64,000 bases of DNA from Octopus vulgaris. Taxonomy: Eukaryota. The position numbers and the translations under genes are program-made. The DNA is taken from positions 74,586,001-74,650,000 of the forward strand of contig OX597815.1 in assembly GCA_951406725.2 (NCBI GenBank), given 5' to 3'. Below, piece after piece: positions 13,417 to 26,600 of the stretch. Below the pieces are notes generated by a model. That model saw only the letters and a list, made by a program, of their open reading frames with translations. It made no database searches and was not told the origin of the DNA. Positions within the stretch are counted from its first letter, which is position 1. Every line of letters starts with the position of its first letter.

Positions 13417-13591
13417 TTTCAAATCAAAAATATTAGCTGTGTCTAATCAAATCTTCAATTTTGGCACTGTGGAACACATCAGAATAAAAGATGAAGTGGA
13501 TACATTTTGGCAATGTGTAGAAGATGCGAAAGCAGAGAACAAGGAATTGTCTACTAAAGCTTTCAATGAATTCATTGAGTACAAAGACAAG
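13417..13591 (+). CDS. DRC3: DRC3 internal coding exon
   Basis: Preceded by the U12 branch site TTCCTTAAC. (Y)FKSKILAVSNQIFNFGTVEHIRIKDEVDTFWQCVEDAKAENKELSTKAFNEFIEYKDK; GTAAG donor at 13592. The exact 5' boundary is inferred from frame and homology. Confidence 0.85.
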
Positions 13592-15606
13592 GTAAGAAAT
13601 TCTTCTTCTTTTCTTTCTTTCTTTTTATTCTGCTCTCTTTTTTCTTTCTTTCCCCCTCCCCCACCAACTTTATGTTACTGCCAACAAAGTTTGCATCAAT
13701 TAAATTTCACTCACAAATTTTGGGTTGGAGAACCTGAACGAAAATAATAGTGTGAGGCAATGTGAAATGAAACCTTGAACCAAATGACTGCAAAACAAAC
13801 TTCTTAACCACACCTGTTACTCATCATCATCCTCATCATCATCCTCATCATCATTTAACACCCAAGAACAATGTTAGCAGCAACCAATCGTCTGCAGGGT
13901 GAGCACCAGATGACTACCAATTTTTGTGGTGGTAGCGACCCATGCACTGGAGAATCCAGCACAGTATACCAAAGAAGACAAGGGTGAAACAAACTGAAGA
14001 AGGCCTGAAGTCACAGCACCTCAACCTCAAGCATGCTAAGGTTAGCACCATGGATCAGAAAGTATGGAATAACATCATCACCAGAGTCTGTCATCCAGCG
14101 GTGACCACTGCAGTGTATTGGTTGAGAGTATGGCATCCCCTTCTGGTTGCCAGCTAAGGATTTTATGACCACCACCATCACCGCCACCACCGCCGCTGCC
14201 GGCAATTTTAGGGAAGTGTGTGTGTGGGTGGAGTGGGGTGGGGGCTAGTTGATTACATCGACCCCAGGACTCAACTGATGCTTATTTTATCAACCCCAAA
14301 AGGACAAAAGGCAAAGTCGACCTCGGTGGAATTTGAACTGAAAAGGTAAAGACAGATGAAATGCTGCTAAGCATTTTGTCTGTTCTTCCTTCATCTGTCT
14401 TTACCTTCTGTTAGCTTGCTGCCTTAGATAGTGATAGTAATAATGATATGGGTCTAAATTCAAGAGAAACAGAGATGTCATGTTGTTTGGTAGACTATGC
14501 CTTTTCATGGAAGCCTTAGTTTCTCATGTCTTTCTTTCTCTTGCATTTTCCAACTTAGAGGAGACAGGCATTTATTTACCTCTTCAGCAAGAAACCTGTT
14601 CCTGTCCCTCAATCATTTTTTACCCATTCCTTAATAGTGTACCCTGCTCACTCGAGGAGGTGGGGATCTTATTTTGTAAGTACTTGGTAATCACCAGTGT
14701 TGGTGCCATGAAAAAAAGCACTCAGGACACACTGTGAAGTGGTCAGCATGCAGAATGGTGTTGGGGCTGTAGAATCCATACCAAAGCAGACATTGGAGCG
14801 CAATGCACTCCTCTAGCTCACTGGTTTCTGTTGAACCATCCAACCCACACCAGTATGGAAAAGGGGATTTGAAAAGAAGATAATGATGATGATGAGGAGG
14901 AGGATGATAATGATGGTGGTGGTGGTGGTGGTGGTGGTGATGATGATGATGATGACAATGACTCCCCCTATCTAATCTGGAAATCTAATATTCCTTCCTC
15001 TATTAAAAGAAATTCAGACAACTGGTGTTTCTATTCTAGTAACCCATTATACTTATATCAATGTCACAGGAGGACAATGGCAAAGAAAACGAAAAAAGAA
15101 AAATACACAAACAAGAAACGTCATTGCATTCCATGCTGCCTAACTGGAATTGATTGTGCATTAATACACTTTGATTTTCTTTTTTTATATGGGATTGGGA
15201 TCCTCGTATTGAACAGTATTGATTTATTTTGGTAATTAATAGGTATTATATTCTGATAAATGTACTGTAACATACTATTGCACTATTGGTTGCGAGGTAA
15301 ATGATAGTAAAGAAACAAAAAAAAACAAAAGCAAATATGTGAGTTTAAACAAGAGAAACTATTTAAAGATTTGGTTGAATAAGTTATAGTGTTCAAAGGA
15401 ATTATTGACTGCATTATCACATTTACAAGTCATTGATTTTTTTTTTTTTTATTTGTTATCTATCTTATTGAAATTGAACAGCATTGATGGCAATTGATTC
15501 CAATTAGATTTTGGTCACTTTTCACTATTTTATGTAATTCATTATTTTTCCACTGTTTTATTTCGTGGTTTGTAAAATCTCAAGGACAGACAAGTACCTT
15601 TAGTAG

Positions 15607-15638
<32 letters not shown>

Positions 15639-15999
15639 CCACCACAATCATCATTGTCATTTAATGTCCACTTTTCTACGCTTGCATGGGGTTTAGATGG
15701 AATTTATTGAAGTAGCCCTCAACCTGTTTCCAAGTAAGGTAATATTTCCTCATGGCCAAACATGTTTCTCATATGAAGTTATGAATAGTTTAGGTTTCTA
15801 TAAATAATACAATTTATTGCAGGAAGAGAATGGCAAGTAGAACAGTATTGGACTAAATACCTTGCTAGATCTTTGAGTTCAATTCCTGCTACCATTGGTC
15901 ATTCTGTGTTAATATAATATTGTATATATGTATAAAATTTGACAGTTTGCATAGAAGAAAAAAAAACACAATATCCCATCCAAGAATAAAAAATATTTT

Positions 16000-16650
16000 T
16001 AAAAAATCAAAATTTCAACTAGATTATAGCTGGGAGATAACAGCTTCCACCACGGCCTCAGGACAATTCTACAACCTGATGCATATGTTACTCACTGTGT
16101 CTCTGAGAAGATCTTTGAACACCTCCTTGATGTTTGCCACCAGCTTGGTCTAAACATTACAGACAAAATGGTTGGTGTCTTTTTCAGTCATGTCCCACAC
16201 TTGGTAATCCATGGGATTACAACAACAGGAATTACGAGGTCAGAAATTAGGACTGGTGAAGTCATAGAAATTCTCCTATAACCACTTCTGACTCTTTCCA
16301 GAGGTATGGCTTGGAAGTGAATCCTGGTGCTTCTAGCAGCAACCCTTTCCAACCAGAGTTTGACTATAGTACCCAGCAGTTTCACATAGCCATCTGAACT
16401 GAGCCTAAGGCTCTGTTCAGAGGTGTGGGTGGCATGCATATGTAATCACAATGACTGATGAATCCTTTCTTGCTGGCTGTAGCTTTGTAGTCTCTGTTGC
16501 AGCTGTCCATGTCATGCTCTGCATCTTTTACAGTGTTTACAGAGCATTGAGCAGCAATCATGATGTCAGCATTTTGACAGTAGGTGCAAATCATCATGAT
16601 ACAGGTAACTCTTTCCCAATGTTCAGATGGCTTCCATCCCTCTATGTCAG
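16000..16650 (-). mobile_element. Degenerate Tc1/mariner transposase fragment
   Basis: Minus strand gives NPMDYQVWD (the PDLNP.DY.VW motif) and VKLWLERVA; stops and frameshifts present. Confidence 0.6.
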
Positions 16651-16948
16651 CTAACTAAGCATAAAGAGCTTTAATATTTATGCTCTCCAACACATCAAGA
16701 TGGTCCTGAAAAAAAAGGTGAAAAAACATCCTGTACCTGTATATGAGTGGCTCCACTTCTGTCAGCAGCAGCAGCAGCACCACCACCACCACCACCACCA
16801 CCACCATCATCATCATCTTTTAATGTCCATTTTCCATGCTGCCATGGGTTGGACTGTTTGACAGGAGCTGGCAAGCTGGAGAGTTGTACCAGGTTCCAGT
16901 TGTCTGTTTTGGCAATGCTTCCACAATTAGATGCCTTTCCTATACATC

Positions 16949-17002
<54 letters not shown>

Positions 17003-17723
17003 TTATATATTTATTTATATGTACATACACATATGTATGTTTACATACATGTGTACACACATGTGTATGCGTATGTGTTGTATTTGTGTCTGTATGTACC
17101 CTTGTCTTGACATCATGTGATGCTTGTAAGTGAGCTTCCCTGTTAGACAAGTGTCATTGTTCATTTTCAGTCTTCTTTGAGAATCCTGTCTTGCCAGGGA
17201 AAGTATCACTTTGCTTGGGAAAAGGTGAGTGTTGGTGACAGGAAGAGCATCTGGTCATAAACAATCTACCTCCACGAAGTCTGTCTGACCCATGCAGGCA
17301 TGGAAAAGTGAATATTGTTGTCATCATTGTCATTGTCAGCATTGTTGTTGTCATCATAATCATCATTGATTTTGTCATCATCGTTATTATTACCAACATG
17401 GGCAGTGGTAGCAATAGCATCTGTATTGTTATTATTGTCATTGTTACCATCATCACCATCATAGTTATCATAATGGTTCTGATCATCATCATCGTCATTG
17501 TCCACTTTTTATATTAGATGCATGGTTGTGAAGAAATATACCTGTGACATATTTCCTTTCTCCTCTGCCATGCAACATCTTGTTTATGATAAGGTTCAAT
17601 ATTCCTTCAAAACTTCCTTCCGGGATACTTTTTTTTTTTTGCTTCTTTGCTTGACAAGGAAGACCCATAAATGAAGGGGTCAAAATTTAAAATTTATATT
17701 TAGCTTTTGCTCATATTTTACAG

Positions 17724-17855
17724 ACGTTTGAGAACCTCACCTTTGTCACAGAAATGTCAGAGTATGAAAGCAAAATGGCTGAATTTCGCAAAAAACTTGA
17801 GGAACTGCATGACAAACAGCTGACATATGAGATGCAATTGGTTGACCAGCTTGAG
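17724..17855 (+). CDS. DRC3: DRC3 internal coding exon (absent from the ORF track)
   Basis: tttaCAG acceptor and GTAATT donor; 132 nt. TFENLTFVTEMSEYESKMAEFRKKLEELHDKQLTYEMQLVDQLE ends with the DRC3 EMQLV(E/D)QLE motif. Confidence 0.92.
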
Positions 17856-17995
17856 GTAATTTGCACTATTATAAGTGTCTTCACAGTTTGTCTTTGGATC
17901 AAGTGTTTAGCTTAAATGTTTCTTCTGATTTTCTATGTTTCTTGAGAAGGCATATTAATTCCATTTGTATTAATATTAATCAACTTATTAATTTA

Positions 17996-18030
<35 letters not shown>

Positions 18031-18049
18031 GTTATTATCATTATTACTT

Positions 18050-18407
18050 TTTTTTTCTTCTTTCAAATTTGCTTCCATTTCTTGCCGAGTGTCTTCCCGA
18101 CTCCTAGGGCAAAGAAACTCATAGTATACATTGGTAGGCCATTAAACCAAACTCAATAGTTCGTTCATTTTTTTCTTTTTTAAGTTAAATTAAAATACAT
18201 GAGCAGCAACAGTTCTCACATCGACAATGCTCTTCTCAATACGTGTGATGTACCAGTTAAGACAATCTTTTGCACTTCTTGCAGAGATGGTAATCCAGGG
18301 ATCATTCTCATATAATTTTCGGTTCCCTTCTTGATCATTCCTAGTGCTCCTACGATCACTGGTATTGTAACCGCCTTGAGATGCCACATTTTCTCAATTT
18401 CAATGAG
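18050..18407 (-). mobile_element. 3' end of an R4/Dong-like RLE non-LTR retrotransposon
   Basis: LIEIEKMWHLKAVTIPVIVGALG...LQEVQKIVLTGTSHVLRRAL* is an RLE C-terminus, followed by a 3'UTR and a (TAA)n tail at ~17995-18045. Confidence 0.8.
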
Positions 18408-18414
18408 TTTATTA

Positions 18415-18495
<81 letters not shown>
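18408..18495. repeat. (TTA)n microsatellite
   Basis: Near-perfect TTA array; source of the poly-N/I/L ORFs. Confidence 0.97.
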
Positions 18496-18496
<1 letters not shown>

Positions 18497-18499
18497 TGG

Positions 18500-19400
18500 T
18501 GTGCACAGATATTTTACATTCAGAATCAATGTCCTTGATACCTGGCTACAACCAGTTATATGAAGGACCTTTCTTACAATCTTTGCTGTTGCCATCAGAG
18601 CAGATCTCTGAAATAATGCAACTCTCAGTTACATCAATCTCAATAAGAAAACTGCCAAACTGTTGGTGAATGTACCTAGGGCACTTATGATGACCAAGAT
18701 TACTTTTGTACAAACCCTTCACAGTTTTCGTATTTCCCTAGACAAATCCTGGTATTTTCCTATTTTCTTTTGTTCTTTAACTGTTACACTCATGTCTGCA
18801 GACATAGCCGCATCTATAATGATGCACTCTTTTTTGCCCCTTGCCAAGAACAATAATATTTGGTTACCTTGAATGAAGTTCCTGACCAGTCTGTACATTA
18901 AAATTCCATAAAATATTATCCTGATTTTACTCTCTGTTTGATGTTTGTACCATTTTTTTCCTACCTCAAATCCTCTTTATCATAATCTGTGCCAGTATAA
19001 TGTCCTGGCCACAGAATAATGTCTGTGTCTTTATTCCTTTTGTACCAAAAGACTACAGGAACTTATGTGCATAACTGATTCCTCTTTCTCATTACATATT
19101 CTGCACCTCGCACTTTTTTTCAGATTTGTGTATTTTTGCCTTAATGATATTCATCCACAATAAATAGTTTTGAGCAGCCCTTATAAGTGCTTCCATTTCT
19201 TTCTTAAGGTTTCCATTCTTCAGCCATATCCTAAACTCATCTTGCATTTGTCTGAGATGCTGACCATGCAGTTCTTTTCCCCAGATAGTTCTTTCCTGCA
19301 CCTGTTTTCTTTTTTCTTGTATTCCATTGCAGTCTCCACAGCTTCCTTCTCTCCTCGGGTAGCTGAAAACAGTCTTTCTGTACCATTCTTCACATAAATA
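18500..19400 (-). mobile_element. Degenerate RLE-type (R4/Dong-like) retrotransposon fragments
   Basis: WGKELHGQHL...WLKNGNLKKEMEALIRAAQN..LWMNIIKAKIHK matches the LHGQ / ETE..I.AAQ.Q.L.T motif. Confidence 0.65.
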
Positions 19401-19538
19401 GATAGTTATGTGTTTGTGTGTATATACGGCATAATTTTTTTTGTGTGCTTTCATAAATAAATACAATTAACGTATGTTAAATAATAATGGTGATAATATT
19501 TTACTTATGTCTGTTTGCTTGTTTAACCGGCAATCTAT

Positions 19539-19576
<38 letters not shown>

Positions 19577-19691
19577 CCACCCACAAAGCTACAGTCAAAT
19601 ATTCTACACCTGTTACAAGGGACATTACTCTAGCTATCTCGCTTTCATATTTATCTCACAAATTCACAATTCATTTTTATCTTATCTTATA

Positions 19692-20089
19692 CTAGCAGTA
19701 TCACCCGGCGTTGCTCGGGTTTGTAAGGGAAATAACTATATAAGCATTTTTAGAGATGTAAAGTATAATAGCCATCTCAATATGGCAAACCACAAAGGGG
19801 GGGTGGGTGTTACTGTAGCTTTTTACGTTGAGATTTAATAATATATTTTTAGAGAGTTACTTCCCTTATATATGCCAAAAATGCATTAAAAATGGGACAA
19901 ATTGATGGTAAATTTTTTTTTAAATCGTAGGCTCATCGTAGACGCGCGCTAATACCCAGAAGGGCTCGATATGAATCACGACTATAAGATACCCGGTTTT
20001 GGTTAAACTGCACTGCAAAATGTGGGAGTAGTTAGGAATCTAAATCGTAGGAGACAGACAGCACACAACCTCTCTTTTATATATAAAGA
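19692..20089 (-). mobile_element. Non-autonomous Helitron (same family as 59831-60667)
   Basis: TC...CTAG termini, 3' hairpin, and a 5' region shared with the 59831 element. Confidence 0.85.
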
Positions 20090-21009
20090 TATGTATTCCG
20101 TTATGTCTGGGGAGAGTCATTTTCTTTTTGTGCCTTATCTTGTAACACACTCACCGGTAAAATTTCCACTTTTTTCTTATTTTTATTTTCCTAAAATTTT
20201 CGTTGCGTCTTGCAACCTTTTCAAATAAAAATAAGAAAAAAGTGGAAATTTTACCGGTGAGTGTGTTACATAGGGCACAAAAAGAAAATGACTCTCCCCA
20301 GACACAACAGAATATGCTTCAATACACGAACTCATATAAAGAATCTTGCTAAACCAAATCCAAAAACGAATTATATATGTATTTTTTAAAATTTATTTAT
20401 TTACAACTTCACTAAAAGCTGCTTTCAGAGATTTACCGACTGATTTGTAACATATGGAACTATTTTGTTCCTAATAATGCCATTTTACATTACTTTCCCC
20501 TGACTTCAGATATCTCTTTTAACTTGTGTATAGTTGATTAATCTATTTTATCAGTAGAAGGAAGATTACAATGTTTTGAGTGAATTTCTTTTTTGTTCTA
20601 GTAACACTGGGGAAGACTGAAATGACAGGCATTGACCTAGAGACCATAAACTGTCTATACATAGATGCATCAAAGGATTAAAAGTCCTTCCTGAGTCAAG
20701 AGCATTGCCTGGTCCAGTAATTGAAACGCAATCCTACGATCATGAATACAATACGCTAACCGTTAAGCCATGCTCCTCTACATACATACATATGTACGTG
20801 AACATATGTCTGTGTATAAGGCGACAAGCTGACAGAAACGTTAGCATGCCGGGTGGAATGCTTAGTGGTATTTCATCTGTCTTTACGTTCTGAGTTCAAA
20901 TTCCGCTGAGGTCGACTATGTCTTTCATCCTTTCGGGGTCGATTAAATAAGTACCAATTAAGCACTGGGGTTGATATAATCGACTTAATCCGTTTGTGTG
21001 TGATGAATG

Positions 21010-21055
<46 letters not shown>

Positions 21056-21482
21056 TGTGGAAGGATTTGTACCAAACTTTAGTATTGAAAGTTACACAAG
21101 CATCAGAACCGGGCCCTACTGCATAGTGCCAAAGATCCCAACATTGCTATCAAGATACAGGAACAGATAATGCTACAGTTTGGGTTTCAAAGGTCCATGG
21201 CACTTCAATATCTTCCCAAAAAGTTTGAGAGATGTACATGGGGTGGATCTCCTCTTGTCAAGTGTTGCAGATGAACCTGTCTCATAGCAGGAAATGCAAA
21301 TGAGGGCAGCAACATCAAACTTCCTCATTCACCAAATTCAGACGAGGTTTTCAAATAGCAAAAGTGTAGCAAATCTAATAGCAGTGATCCTGCATGGCCA
21401 CAGTTTTTGAGAGCTGAAACTAGTAAAAGAATAAAAGAGTATATATACACTTGCACACACACGCATGCGTGCGCGCACACAC

Positions 21483-21517
<35 letters not shown>

Positions 21518-22109
21518 GTGATTCAACAGTCTTTTAACATTCCTATAAACTGATTAACAATTGTGGTCAGTTGAGCTACTTAATGTATATCTTATCCCTT
21601 CTTATCCTTACCTCTCCTTCAAACTTTCCTCCTCCTCCCCACAGCCATCTCCATCCATTTTATTCATTATATCCTTATCTTATCATCTATCTTGGCTCAG
21701 GGATTCCAGCATAGTTGGTCTACCGGTGTCACAATTTTGGCATGATTTCTATGGCTGGATGTCCTTTCCTAATGCCAACCATTTACTGTGTTTATTGGGT
21801 TCTTCTTCAGAGTGCTCCTCAAATAAGAGGGAACGTAAGCAATAGGGTGGTTGCTTTAAGCAAGGTTTTGAGAAGTTAAAGTATGTTGAGGGAAAGCAGG
21901 AATAGATTAATATTTGTGGAAGAGATTCGTATTTTATATGGGTGGATAGAGGAGGTTGGAGTGGGGCTCTAACAGGTAAATACAGTGATGATAAGGTACC
22001 ACAACATACCCTTATGGGAACTTGTCCAAGAAATGAAAGTGTGGATAGAGAAGCTTCAGGAAAGGTAGTGGATCATGAAGGCTGGAGTGGGGCAAACAGG
22101 CGTAAATAC

Positions 22110-22490
22110 AGTGATGATGAGGTGATGACAATATTCAAATCTTCATAGAATTTGTACTTGACCTTGTCCAGACTGGTTTTGGTGGAGGTATAAGTGCTGA
22201 CATTAGTGGTAAACTTCTGTCCACTGGAAAGCAAAAGCTTCATCATCATCAAACGATTGCTCATTCCTTTCAGAGTAGATGTACATATATATGCGGGGAC
22301 AGTCAGCTTGCTACCAAATCACATTTTCACTGTGGAATGCTCAGGCCTTGCATCTCTTTTTGCCTGATCTAGAATGACTTCTAATCTCTTCCTCATTCAC
22401 AGGGTTTTTCTTCTGCAAGCCTTGTCTTATCTGGCAAGTTCAGTTTCAGTGAGTGTTGAGTATTGAGGCTATATTTCTCATGCAAGGATG
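22110..22490 (-). mobile_element. RTE/BovB LINE endonuclease fragment
   Basis: NRLMMMKLLLSSGQKFTTNVSTYTSTKTSLDKVKYKFYEDL resembles the RTE APE pattern DRLM.LRL.L....TI.SAYAPT.....KDKFY.DL. Confidence 0.7.
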
Positions 22491-22559
22491 GTGGCTGTGA
22501 TCTCAAATCTGTATTGATCTCATATGTAGTACATATTGTGTAGTACATATTGTGTAGTA

Positions 22560-23445
22560 CATATTGTGATGCTGAAGTAGCATCTTCAGCAGAGGAAGGA
22601 GACCAGTAACTATTACACTGAAGTTTGCTACTCTATAATTAGAACAGCTAATGATCTTGAAGAAAGGCAAGGAATAAAAGCAGATACAGATCTCTCCCAA
22701 AGGAGCATTGATAAATTCTCTTAATGCAAAGAAAAAAAAGCCAGTTCACTGAGAAGATAATGCATGAAAAACACAAACCAAAGAAGGAATTGATTATGTC
22801 AGAAGTTTGACATGGAGTAATGACAAGTTTATCACATCCCATTTTGAAGTGCTGCCTCCATGCAATTCAAGAACAAGAGCTCTCCACCAGGCAGAAAATA
22901 TTGATATAGACAACAAATGTAAAACCAAGACTGAAGACATCAACTACATTATTGCCAACAGAGAGAGAATGTCTTTCTGAAATTATCTTCTCATGAGGCA
23001 TATTGCAGTGGAACAGCCTGGGACAGGATAACAAAGAAGAAAACATCAATTAACGAAGTTGGCTATATTAAGACTGGTGAGCCAAAAGAGTGCTTGTGGA
23101 ATTTAAAAATTAAAACAGCTACCAAGTAAAAACATAACCAGCCAGATATTCTCGTACTGCAAGGAAAAGATATGTTCTGTTGTGAAAATCTGTTGCCAAT
23201 GTGATTAGAAAAATACAGTAGAAAGGACCATTGATAAAGAATTTGCAAATCCAATACCCAAAATATACTTTCAGTTTCGTACCTATTATTATTGAAGTAA
23301 CAGGATACATACAAACCCGTCTGGAACAAAGTATGGCTGAAACTGGGTTCTTGGAGAGAGAACATAACTTCTCAATTCATACAACTACAAACAATCACGA
23401 TGTCAGGAACTATAAAAATCTGCAAGACCTTCTTAAGATTTAAAG
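22560..23445 (+). mobile_element. Degenerate RLE non-LTR retrotransposon, C-terminal part
   Basis: Frameshifted motifs AIQEQEL, EDINYII, YLLMRH, HNQPDI and FVPIII..TG. Confidence 0.65.
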
Positions 23446-23639
23446 GATAACGAACAAAGATAGATGCTTTCCTTCGCAAGCTTGCTTTCTAACAGGAGGC
23501 GAAATTAAAAAGGGAGAGAAAAAAAAAAACCAACGCACAGAGATATAGACAAGTATTAAATCGCCTTTCTGAGTTATCTACCCTTATGTGTTTCTCGCAA
23601 GTTTTATTATTCGCCTATTATTCCAGCATCATGTCTTTT

Positions 23640-26600
23640 TTTTTAAGGCGAAGAAACCATGCAGATGTTATAAAAATGAAGAACATTCTATTTCATCAGA
23701 ATTTAATTAAGGAAATGGATGAGATTTTCATTTAAATTTAAATTAGATACGGAAATAAAATAAGAAAAACTTGTATTTTTCGAGGAATTGTTGTCAAGGG
23801 AGATAACTTTTAATCTTATTTACAACCCAAGCAAAACTGGTTAGGTATAGGTATAGAACTGACCTTGCAATACATGCAGGACCATATCGACCAGCTGCCC
23901 GATCTAATCGATCTCCCGGATGGCACTCACCTGTCAGTGTTCGTGGAGGGTAGAAAGCCAAAATGCCATAAATGTGGATCTGTAGAACACTTAAAGGTTT
24001 CCTCTAGAGCCAACAGGTGCCAAATCATAGTGCACAAGACTCCTACATCTACCACACCCACGCTCACACCCACTTCCAAACCAAGATAAAGGAGGAGTTC
24101 TACCTCCGGTTGCCACGAAAAAGCAAGTTTCTCCTGAATGCTCTTCCTACCATAACAACATCAACTGCAATAACATGGAGAAAGAAGAACTGAACGATCA
24201 AAGGATCACAGTGACAAAAGAGGAGATGCAAAAGAAGAGGAGAGTACAAACCCTACTCCAAGAAATCAACAAAAACTTATTCTGAAACCACAATTGCAAC
24301 ACAATTCACAACCACTCCAACAAAAACAACAAGAATAAGATCAACAACTTCAAAAACAGCAACATCATCAACAACAGCATGGAATCATAGAAACACAGAA
24401 ACAACCAACTACAGGACTTCAAAAATATTCATTAGACTGTAGACAAAATGTATCCATCAATTTCACTGTTATGAACAAGTGTAACATTGAATTGATGGAT
24501 TTTGTAAGTCAAAATTAAAACAAAATAAAGATAGAGGGAAAGGAATTTTGAGGATTTCATCCTCAAAATCCGTGGGGGGTTTGAGGATGGCGTTTATAAG
24601 ACTATGACAGAAAACTTCCCACTGTGGGGATTTAAAAAAAATCGATTGATAAAAGGCTGTTGGAAGGGCCTTTTAAAAAATTTTCGCCCTTACAGAAGCC
24701 CGGAACTTCTCGAAGACCAAGGTGAGTAACCTTCCCATCTTCTTTCTCCGACTAGCATGGCTCTGCTGAAAATGGGATATGTGAATATGTGTGACCTGAG
24801 ATCGGCCATGAAGCAAGGTCACTTGCTCAATGATCTCAGGTCACTTGATTTGGACATGGCTGCCATTGATGAAATAAAGATCTCCGGAAAACACGCTCTA
24901 GCATCCATTTTCGAAGACTATGAGGTATTTACATCTTGTGGTCTATCGGGAGCGGGTGGAGATGTAGCAGTGCTACTCCGGGAATCCTTAGATCTCCAAG
25001 TACGAGTTATCTTCATGGATCCGGATGGTAAGTTGGTGGTACTGGACGTGAACGGCAGTGAAGGTGGCACCTTTAGACTAGTGGCGGTTTATGCCTCAAA
25101 AGGGGCTGGAAGGCCAGATTTCTTCAGCCATCTAGAAACATTCTTAGGTACGTCTTGCACTTTAGTACTAGTGGAGGATTGGAATAATATTTTGGACGCA
25201 CGGAAGGACTGTGTGGGTTTATATAGTAGAAGGGGGTGTAAAAGCCTCGAAAACCTGCTCAGGACTTACCAGCTTTCTGAGAGGTACCGACTGGATTTCC
25301 CCAATGTGCCAGTGTGAACATGGAGCAAGCACAGCAGGTCATCAAGATCGTATTTAGAGTATTTGTTTGGTCGGAGGATAGGGATAGCATAGGTTGTCCA
25401 CAATTTAAATTGATCGGCTACACAGATCATAAATTTGTGATATGCTCAGTCGATTTAGATATGACCCTTGGCCAAGGGCCCGGTTACTGGAAGTCGAATG
25501 TATTCTTATCGGCTCGCAAAGACTACAGAGACCGGATTAGCAAACTAGTTAAGCAGCAGTTGAATGGGGCTATCGCCAACAACCGGTGATGGATCGCTCT
25601 AAAGAGAGCGATTAGAGAGAATCGATAGCGTTTAGCAAAGACTTAGCAATAAAAAGAAATATATTTGATGGAGAACTAATTAGCAAACTAGAAGAGCCTA
25701 TTACTAAAGGCATCATGACTGATGTGTTAGGGGCAAGAATGGCCCTTGACCATTTCTTTGAGGTGAAACATGAAAGGTGTATTGTCAGCCTCTTGGCAGA
25801 TGTCTACAGTAACTAGCAGCAGAACGGGAGAATTCCTAATGCTGTCAGCCGGGATGTAGTAACACTGCTGAGAAAGGACGCTGACAATGGGGACGTGTTA
25901 GGTAATTTTCAGCACAGAGTTTAAGATTTTGGCCAAGGTGTTAGCGAAAAGGTTGGCGCTTGTTGTTGGTAGTCTGGTCAGGGAGGTACAAACGTACGCA
26001 ATCCCGATCAGGTGTATCCACGGCAATCTCCACCTTATGTGATACATCGTAGAGAGGGCTGGGACTAAAGCTGGCTTCGGTGGGGCCTTGATCAATTTAG
26101 GCAAGTCGAAAGCTTTCGGTAGGGTAGACCATCTCTACTTGGAAGCTGTCCTTAAAGTGGCCGGTTTCGGACTAGTTTTCAGAGGCTGGATTGCTGCAGT
26201 GCATAGCGGCACTTGCTCGTGGTCAAAATAAGTGGTCACCTATTGGAACCGTTTAGTATTTCAGGTTCGGTCCGTCAGGGCTGTCCGCTGCCACCTCTTC
26301 TGAATGTGCTGACCCTCGAGCTGCTTCTGTGAACAGTTAAGAGGCCTCCCTTTCGAAATTGGACTGGCGGGGTGGCAGTGTCTGCATACACGGACGACGT
26401 CACCATCATGATGTCGGATGCCTCCGAAGTGGAGACGATTGGCTTCATTGGACGTGGCTGCCATTAGTGAAACAAGGGTCTCTGGAAAACACGCTCTAGT
26501 ATCTATTTTCAAAGACTACGAGTCTAGAAGCATTCTTGGGTACGTCTTGCACTTTAGTGCTAGTGGGGGACTGGAATAGTATTTTGGATGCACGGAAGGA

